Source: Candidatus Scalindua sp. (GTDB taxonomy: Bacteria; Planctomycetota; Brocadiia; Brocadiales; Scalinduaceae). From it: a DNA stretch of 32,000 nt. Where the stretch lies: positions 3,750,001 to 3,782,000 of the forward strand of contig JALDRA010000001.1 of the NCBI GenBank assembly GCA_031316235.1, read 5' to 3'. A program made the translations under genes and the position numbers. The notes below the pieces were generated by a model. That model was not told the origin of the DNA. It saw only the letters and a program-made list of their open reading frames with translations, and did not search any database. Positions 26,226 through 32,000 of this stretch are shown piece by piece (the stretch's first letter is position 1; each line of letters starts with the position of its first letter).

Positions 26226-27533
26226 ATGGATTGTTCAAAGTCTCTTAAGCTGAATAAAAGGTTTCATTCAATAATACCTGGTGGATCTCATACCTACGCG
26301 AAGGGAGACGATCAGTATCCTGAATTTGCTCTTCCGTATATAGTCAGGGGAGAGGGTTGCCATGTCTGGGATATGGATGGTAATGATTTTATTGAATACG
26401 GTATGGGGGTACGTACTGTAACACTGGGTCACGCATATAAGCCGGTAGTAGAAGCGGCTTATAAGCAAATGCTTAACGGGAATAATTTTATTCGCCCGGC
26501 AACAATTGAGCTTGAATGTGCTGAACAGTTGTTAGGTATGATCAAGGGCGCAGAAATGGTAAAATTTGCAAAAAATGGGTCGGATGCCAATAACGGGGCT
26601 ATTAAGTTATCAAGGGCTTACACGGGTCGAGACATCATTGCAATTTGCGGTAACCATCCATTCTTCTCTGTTGATGATTGGTTCATTGGAACAACCCCGA
26701 TGTCTTCCGGTGTGTCGAAGGCAGCGCAGGATCTAACGGTTAAATTTCAGTATAATGACATAGATAGTGTTAAAGCGCTTTTTGATCAGTATCCTGACAG
26801 AATTGCCTGTGTAATTCTGGAGCCTGAAAAAGAGCAGGAACCCCAGAATAATTTTTTACATGAGTTACAAAAACTGTGTAAAGAAAATGGTACAGTATTT
26901 ATTCTTGATGAAATGATTACAGGATTTCGATGGCATAACGGTGGAGCACAGAGGTTTCATGACATAATTCCTGACTTATCTACATTTGGGAAAGCAATTG
27001 GCAACGGTTTTTCTGTATCAGCACTGGTTGGCAAAAAAGAATTAATGGGTTTAGGCGGACTTGATCACGACAAAGAACGTGTATTCCTGATGTCTGCCAC
27101 TCATGGTGCAGAAAATCATGGTTTAGCTGCTGCCCTGGAGACGATGAAAATTTATCAAAATGAGCCTGTTGTTGAAACCCTTTGGCGTCAGGGTGAGCGT
27201 CTGGCATCAGGGCTCAGTAAATCGATTGATGAGAACAGCCTTACTAACCATATCTCAGTATTCGGCAGGCCATGCTGCCTTGTTTATGGCACTCGAGATA
27301 ATGAAAATAAACCTTCTCAGCCTTTTAGGACATTGCTGCTGCAGGAAATTATCAAGCGGGGAATATTAGCACCAAGCCTTGTTGTCAGTTATTCACATAC
27401 AGACGCAGATATTGACAGGACAATTGAAGCGTTTCATGAGGCTTTCGTTATATATCAGAAGGCTCTGAATGAAGGTATCGAGAAATATCTCGTCGGTCGA
27501 CCTGTTAAACCTGTGTGGCGAAGATTTAATTAA
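26226..27533 (+). CDS. Class III PLP-dependent aminotransferase (glutamate-1-semialdehyde aminomutase-like)
   Basis: IIPGGSHTYAKG, FILDEMITGFRW and STFGKAIGNGFSVSAL (PLP-lysine region) are present. AGGGGGA lies upstream of the ATG. Confidence 0.75.
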   Translation: MDCSKSLKLNKRFHSIIPGGSHTYAKGDDQYPEFALPYIVRGEGCHVWDMDGNDFIEYGMGVRTVTLGHAYKPVVEAAYKQMLNGNNFIRPATIELECAEQLLGMIKGAEMVKFAKNGSDANNGAIKLSRAYTGRDIIAICGNHPFFSVDDWFIGTTPMSSGVSKAAQDLTVKFQYNDIDSVKALFDQYPDRIACVILEPEKEQEPQNNFLHELQKLCKENGTVFILDEMITGFRWHNGGAQRFHDIIPDLSTFGKAIGNGFSVSALVGKKELMGLGGLDHDKERVFLMSATHGAENHGLAAALETMKIYQNEPVVETLWRQGERLASGLSKSIDENSLTNHISVFGRPCCLVYGTRDNENKPSQPFRTLLLQEIIKRGILAPSLVVSYSHTDADIDRTIEAFHEAFVIYQKALNEGIEKYLVGRPVKPVWRRFN

Positions 27534-27584
27534 TTATTAGAAAAAATCAAAAACTTCACTTGAAGATATATTAGATACAATTTC

Positions 27585-28451
27585 TTGAATTATTGTAAAC
27601 AAAATACGAGAACTTGCCGGGAAGTAATCGGTTTATTTCCTGCAGGTGGAAGGGCTTCCAGAATAGCTCCTCTGCCCTGCAGCAAAGAATTGTATCCGGT
27701 CGGATTTCATCCTGTAGGGAGAGACCGCAGCTTACGGCCCAAGGTGATTAGCCATTATTTGTTGGAGAAAATGCGGTTAGCTAATATTAGAAAGGCTTAC
27801 ATAATATTGCGTGAAGGGAAATGGGACATTCCTGCCTATTTTGGGAATGGTAAAATGCTTGACATGCACTTGGCATATCTGATGATGGATTTGCCATTTG
27901 GTGTGCCTTATACTTTAGACCAGGCATACTATTTTGTAGAAGACGCTATTATAGCCCTGGGCTTCCCCGATACGATTTTTCAGCCAGACGATGTCTTTGT
28001 AAAATTGCTTGCCAAACAGACAGAATCTGACGCTGATCTTGTGCTTGGTCTTTTTCCTGCTCTCCAGCCACATAAAACCGACATGGTGGAATTGGATGAT
28101 ATGGGCCGGATAAGCTCAATCACAATAAAACCTGGTAATACTAAACTTTTATATGCCTGGGAAACAGCTGTCTGGACCCCTGTTTTCACACGTTTTATGC
28201 ACGACTATGTATTGGACAGGCAGGTATTATGTGACGAGAACAAGATTGAAAATAATCTTGACAAACAGAAGGAATTACATGTAGGAGATATTATTCATGC
28301 TGCTATTCAAAATGATATGAAAATTGATGCAGTACTTTTTAAAGAGGGCAGCTGCTTGGATATTGGTACTCCTGATGATTTACTAAAGGCTGTTCAAATT
28401 ACAAATCAAGTTTCGTCGGACGATCAATTATTATCTTATAATGCAATATAA
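27585..28451 (+). CDS. Sugar-phosphate nucleotidyltransferase (NTP_transferase fold)
   Basis: VIGLFPAGGRASRIAPLPCSKELYPVG matches the GxGxR...K nucleotidyltransferase signature. The only in-frame start upstream of the motif is the TTG at 27585 with no obvious RBS, so the start is uncertain. Confidence 0.6.
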   Translation: MNYCKQNTRTCREVIGLFPAGGRASRIAPLPCSKELYPVGFHPVGRDRSLRPKVISHYLLEKMRLANIRKAYIILREGKWDIPAYFGNGKMLDMHLAYLMMDLPFGVPYTLDQAYYFVEDAIIALGFPDTIFQPDDVFVKLLAKQTESDADLVLGLFPALQPHKTDMVELDDMGRISSITIKPGNTKLLYAWETAVWTPVFTRFMHDYVLDRQVLCDENKIENNLDKQKELHVGDIIHAAIQNDMKIDAVLFKEGSCLDIGTPDDLLKAVQITNQVSSDDQLLSYNAI

Positions 28452-29406
28452 TAACAATTCCTATTTCTGGAAAATTATTAAGCGGCTGTCGAGAATGAAT
28501 TATTATTCTGCCAGGGCTTACTATATGCACAGGATGCATCAATTGAGCCGTCGCTATAAGGAGCCGCCTTTAATAATTTATCAAATGGGCAAAGTTGGCT
28601 CCCGAACAATCTGTAATTCATTGGAGAGTTTAAACCTGGATATGCCGATATATCATACACATGGTCTAACACGTAGTTATATCGCTGAAAGAGAAATAAG
28701 GAGCAAAAGATATTTTGGCAAAGAAGAGTCTAATTATATCCACCTTAATGTTCCTTGGAAAAGTCAATATCTTCGGAAACTGATTGACAGAGGTTTTGGT
28801 GGTAAAAAGTGTAAGGTTGTCACCCTTGTAAGAGATCCTATAGCCGTTAACATTGCCGGTTTTTTCGAAAGAATTGATAAGGTGGATTATAATGATTCTG
28901 AGCATGTATTTACAATCAAATCGATAAAAGATGAATATGAGTTTACCGGGCGGATTGATGATATGGAGTCACTAAAGCAGCTCTTCTTTGAAAAATATGC
29001 CCATGATGAGCCCTTGACATTTTACGATTGTGAGTTGAAGAGTGTTTTTGGGATCGATGTTTTTGAATGTGAGTTTCCGAAATCAGAAGGATATAAAATA
29101 TATGAGGGAGAACATGCCGATGTTTTGCTGATACGGTTAGAAAGTCTTAACGAATGCGCTCAAAAAGCATTTAAAGAGTTCTTGCATATTGAAGGGTTTA
29201 CCTTGATAAATATAAACATCGGAAGTGAAAAAGATTACGCTTATCTTTACCAGAAGTTTAAAGACCTAGTCGCTTTGCCCGATACGTACATAGATAAAAT
29301 GTATAATTCTAAGTATGCACAACATTTTTATAGTGAGGAAGAAATCGGCCGTTTTAAAACCAGATGGCTTTCTTCAAAAAAAGATAGATGCCAGCAATTG
29401 GGATAG
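28441..29406 (+). CDS. Sulfotransferase-like protein (putative glycan sulfotransferase)
   Basis: YQMGKVGSRTI resembles the 5'-PSB loop (PKxGTT type) and VVTLVRDPIAVNIAGFF resembles the 3'-PB RDP motif of PAPS-dependent sulfotransferases. The match is weak and rests on motifs only. Confidence 0.4.
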   Translation: MQYNNNSYFWKIIKRLSRMNYYSARAYYMHRMHQLSRRYKEPPLIIYQMGKVGSRTICNSLESLNLDMPIYHTHGLTRSYIAEREIRSKRYFGKEESNYIHLNVPWKSQYLRKLIDRGFGGKKCKVVTLVRDPIAVNIAGFFERIDKVDYNDSEHVFTIKSIKDEYEFTGRIDDMESLKQLFFEKYAHDEPLTFYDCELKSVFGIDVFECEFPKSEGYKIYEGEHADVLLIRLESLNECAQKAFKEFLHIEGFTLININIGSEKDYAYLYQKFKDLVALPDTYIDKMYNSKYAQHFYSEEEIGRFKTRWLSSKKDRCQQLG

Positions 29407-29427
29407 GGATGGGGTTCGGTGAAGTAA

Positions 29428-29494
29428 AGAGACGAAAATAAAGAGAATTTCTTAACCAGTCTTAATGTTAAAGTCTCTTATTTTCGTTTTTTTT
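29428..29494 (+). terminator. Long AT-rich hairpin followed by a T7-8 run (intrinsic terminator-like)
   Basis: ACGAAAATAAAGAGA (29432..29446) pairs with TCTCTTATTTTCGT (29474..29487) with one bulge. An inner stem is CTTAAC/GTTAAAG. The structure is followed by TTTTTTT (29488..29494). Confidence 0.45.
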
Positions 29495-29534
29495 GCTAAA
29501 CAGCAGGAAGATCAGGACACTTAATTTAGGGAAA

Positions 29535-30788
29535 ATGAAGAATAAACAGATGAATTCATTGAAAACATATATGAGAACCAGGTATCCTGGGTTCTGGAAC
29601 CTCCTGAGAAAATTTAAAAAGAACACTGTAGTTCCGATTGTCGCCTTTTTCTCAGATCTCTACCTCAATAGCCGGTTTTTTCTCAGGAGAAGAAAGGGGT
29701 TTTCATCTGTACCGTGCCTGGTTCCATTTATGCGTTTGGAATTTCAGAAATTGGGAAGTGTTTCTACGTGCTGCACCGCCTTTACAAAAGTTAAATCTGT
29801 GGGGGATATGAAAACGCAGACAATTGAACAGATATGGAATGGAAGAAAAATAAGGAGGTTTCGAAAACAATTATTATTGGGACAAACATGTAAAGTATGC
29901 ATGCCAAATTGTGGTTATTTGAAGATTGGACCGATCTTTATTAAAGATATCTGCACTGACACACCAGAAGGAAAATCGCTTTATGATGATATTTCTCATG
30001 GGAGGGCAAAAATCAATTCACACCCTCTCAGGTTTAACCTTGCGAATTTTACGGTATGCAATCTCAATTGTGTCATGTGTCAATCCAGAGCTGTCGAAGC
30101 TCAAAATAAATCTATTCCCGAGTATGTAACAAAGACCCATGAAAACCTCAGGAACTATTTTGACAAGAAGATTACGCTCTATTTGTCAGGCAATGGTGAA
30201 GTCCTGGCCAGAAAGGACACGCGGGAACTTCTTCAGAATTTTGACAGTAAAAAATACAGTAAAGTTGATTTTCAGATCATAACAAACGGATTACTGTTTC
30301 AACCACGCATGTGGGAGACAATCAAACATAACAATTTTACCTACGCAAATATCTCAATAGATGCCGCAACGAAGGAGACGTATCAGAAAGTGAGACGTGG
30401 TGGGAACTGGGACCAATTGTTGGAAGCTTTGCAGGTATTTAAAAAAGCAAAAGAAGAGGGTAAATTTAGCAGTGTCAACATGAATATGACAGTTATGAAA
30501 AGTAATTTCAGAGAAATACCCCAATTTATTGAAATGGCGCGTGCAAGAGGATTCAATTCTCTGTTTACCAAGATCCGGGGGCCATTTAATGACGAAAATA
30601 TATTTGAATCAGATAATGAGGAAGCCCTTCAAGAACTAAAAGCGGTACTCTCTGATTCGAATCTTTATGGTGAAGATGTTGATATGAATGAACTACTCAA
30701 ATATATCCCTGAAAAATTCCATAAACGAATGGGGAATCACCTTACTTCAATATGGTACCCGGCATTTTTATTGAAAAAGCGTGAATAA
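29535..30788 (+). CDS. Radical SAM enzyme with an N-terminal twitch/SPASM-like Cys-rich domain (permuted order relative to 21517..22629)
   Basis: The N-terminal CLVPFMRLEFQKLGSVSTC (C-X12-G-X4-C) and CKVCMPNC come first, then the radical SAM motif NFTVCNLNCVMCQ. There are no cysteines after the core. I prefer the ATG at 29535, because the TTG at 29493 lies inside the terminator T-run. Confidence 0.7.
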   Translation: MKNKQMNSLKTYMRTRYPGFWNLLRKFKKNTVVPIVAFFSDLYLNSRFFLRRRKGFSSVPCLVPFMRLEFQKLGSVSTCCTAFTKVKSVGDMKTQTIEQIWNGRKIRRFRKQLLLGQTCKVCMPNCGYLKIGPIFIKDICTDTPEGKSLYDDISHGRAKINSHPLRFNLANFTVCNLNCVMCQSRAVEAQNKSIPEYVTKTHENLRNYFDKKITLYLSGNGEVLARKDTRELLQNFDSKKYSKVDFQIITNGLLFQPRMWETIKHNNFTYANISIDAATKETYQKVRRGGNWDQLLEALQVFKKAKEEGKFSSVNMNMTVMKSNFREIPQFIEMARARGFNSLFTKIRGPFNDENIFESDNEEALQELKAVLSDSNLYGEDVDMNELLKYIPEKFHKRMGNHLTSIWYPAFLLKKRE

Positions 30789-30934
30789 GGTCTGTGGTTT
30801 TTCACATGATTTTTTTTGAACCTGGAGTGGCGGTATATTTGATTTGTATGAAAAACAGGGTTTTTATTAAAAGGAATTTAAGGATAGAGATAATAAGTTT
30901 TTTAAGATTGAATTAATTGAGGTATAGAAATAGG

Positions 30935-31765
30935 ATGGAATTAAATAGCGATATGCGAACCATTATTAAACCAAGATCTGGATGGGAATTATTAAATTTA
31001 AGAGAACTGATAGAATACAGGGACCTGTTTTTTTTTACTGTCTGGCGTGATATCACAGCTCAATACGCTCAAACGGTTTTGGGCTTTTCATGGGCCATAA
31101 TCCAACCACTCGTGCAGATTGTACTTTTCTCCATTATATTCGGAAAGATTGCCAGGGTGTCTACAGACGGTGTCCCTTATCTCTTGTTTTCAAGTGTGGC
31201 GATCATACCCTGGACATACATGTCTCAGAGCATGACGATGTCTAGCCAGAGCCTTGTTCTGGGGTCGAAGATGCTTGGGAAGATATATTTTCCCAGGTTA
31301 ATCTACCCCATAACACCAGTTTTGTCTAATCTGGTAAATTTCGGTATTTCTATTATAATTATATTCTTCATAATGTTTTATTACCGTGTTTCCCCCACAT
31401 GGAACCTGCTTTATTTGCCATTGTTTTTTGTTATGATGATATCTGTTCCTCTTAGTGCAGGTCTGTGGCTATCTTCCCTCGCTATTCGCTATCGTGATGT
31501 AAAACATGGTATGCCCTTTTTTATCCAGATACTGATGTACACAGCGCCAATAGTATATACTGCTTCATCAGTACCTGAAAAATATCGCATGATCTACTCA
31601 ATAAATCCGATAGTAGGGGTTATTGAAGGATATAGGGCCTGTTTGCTCGGTACCGCTGTGCCCTGGCTTTATATCTGGCCAGGAATGGTTACAGCTGTCA
31701 TCCTGGTCATAAGCGGTGCATTTTATTTCAGGCGGTTTGAAAAAATTATTGTAGACGTTATTTAA
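30935..31765 (+). CDS. wzm: ABC-2 type polysaccharide exporter permease (Wzm/KpsM/TagG family)
   Basis: ELIEYRDLFFFTVWRDITAQYAQTVLGFSWAIIQPL is the typical N-terminal motif. About six hydrophobic helices follow. Confidence 0.8.
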   Translation: MELNSDMRTIIKPRSGWELLNLRELIEYRDLFFFTVWRDITAQYAQTVLGFSWAIIQPLVQIVLFSIIFGKIARVSTDGVPYLLFSSVAIIPWTYMSQSMTMSSQSLVLGSKMLGKIYFPRLIYPITPVLSNLVNFGISIIIIFFIMFYYRVSPTWNLLYLPLFFVMMISVPLSAGLWLSSLAIRYRDVKHGMPFFIQILMYTAPIVYTASSVPEKYRMIYSINPIVGVIEGYRACLLGTAVPWLYIWPGMVTAVILVISGAFYFRRFEKIIVDVI

Positions 31766-31799
31766 AGAAGAGATTTTTTCTGATAATGCAGGTACCGAA

Positions 31800-32000
31800 A
31801 TGAATGACAAAGACATAGCAATCAAAGTAGAGAATATAGGCAAATGCTATCGCATAGGGATGAAAGAGAATGTGCACGATACATTTGGTAAATCCATGTT
31901 CAATTTTTTAAAAAACCCTCTTAAAAACTATCTTAAATATCGATCACTTTATAATTTTAACGATATTAGTCCTGATCAGGACAACAACCATTCGGATATT
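31800..32000 (+). CDS. wzt: Polysaccharide ABC exporter ATP-binding protein (Wzt/TagH family), N-terminal 67 codons only
   Basis: MNDKDIAIKVENIGKCYRIGMKE... has the typical Wzt start (I.V.N..K.Y.I). It sits directly downstream of wzm and is truncated by the window end before the Walker A motif. Confidence 0.6.
   Translation, partial: MNDKDIAIKVENIGKCYRIGMKENVHDTFGKSMFNFLKNPLKNYLKYRSLYNFNDISPDQDNNHSDI

Noticed and set aside
29535-32000. A RiPP-type reading: radical SAM/SPASM enzyme plus ABC transporter, with the 36-codon ORF at 30806..30916 (MIFFEPGVAVYLICMKNRVF...) as precursor peptide
   Set aside because: The transporter is of the Wzm/Wzt polysaccharide type. The surrounding genes are all nucleotide-sugar enzymes. 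The small ORF has a single Cys, no leader/core features and no RBS. A glycan-modifying role is more parsimonious.

Overview
This is a 32-kb bacterial chromosomal segment, about 40% GC by eye but compositionally patchy. From gene content and repeat load I would guess an anaerobic planctomycete/anammox-like or similar lineage; that guess cannot be verified from sequence alone. Nt 1-14,000 are almost entirely minus-strand housekeeping genes. They are a partial SLC13 permease, two siroheme decarboxylase subunits (AhbA/B, NirDLGH family), a PCP_red/sulfite-reductase-like Fe-S protein, a stand-alone CoaB-like ligase, an active plus inactive M16 peptidase pair, a YkgJ Cys-cluster protein, a membrane glycerophosphodiester phosphodiesterase, a phosphohexomutase and a secreted pentapeptide-repeat protein. 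From 14.3 kb everything is on the plus strand. An HNH endonuclease is translationally coupled to lpxK, followed by a small hypothetical gene and a 1.9-kb ORF-poor gap. A glycan biosynthesis/export locus then runs from 18.5 kb to at least 32 kb. It encodes a CapD/PglF-type dehydratase, rfbF, two radical SAM enzymes, an RmlC-like epimerase, a SAF-domain dehydrogenase, a methyltransferase, a class III aminotransferase, a second nucleotidyltransferase, a sulfotransferase-like protein and Wzm/Wzt. I found no rRNA, tRNA or CRISPR array. The most notable observations are: (1) a tandem MshEN-type c-di-GMP-binding motif inserted in the CapD-like dehydratase; (2) two paralogous radical SAM enzymes whose Cys-rich auxiliary domain sits at opposite ends, which looks like a circular permutation; (3) an unusual sugar-modification gene set lacking the canonical CDP-glucose dehydratase and any glycosyltransferase; (4) two families of miniature repeat elements, which I label MITE-A (8 copies) and MITE-B (3 copies), all intergenic; MITE-B shows 9-bp target duplications at its two nested copies and sits inside MITE-A twice; (5) a siroheme-type Fe-S protein next to the siroheme decarboxylase genes. 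All functional calls rest on motif recognition by eye and no database search was run.
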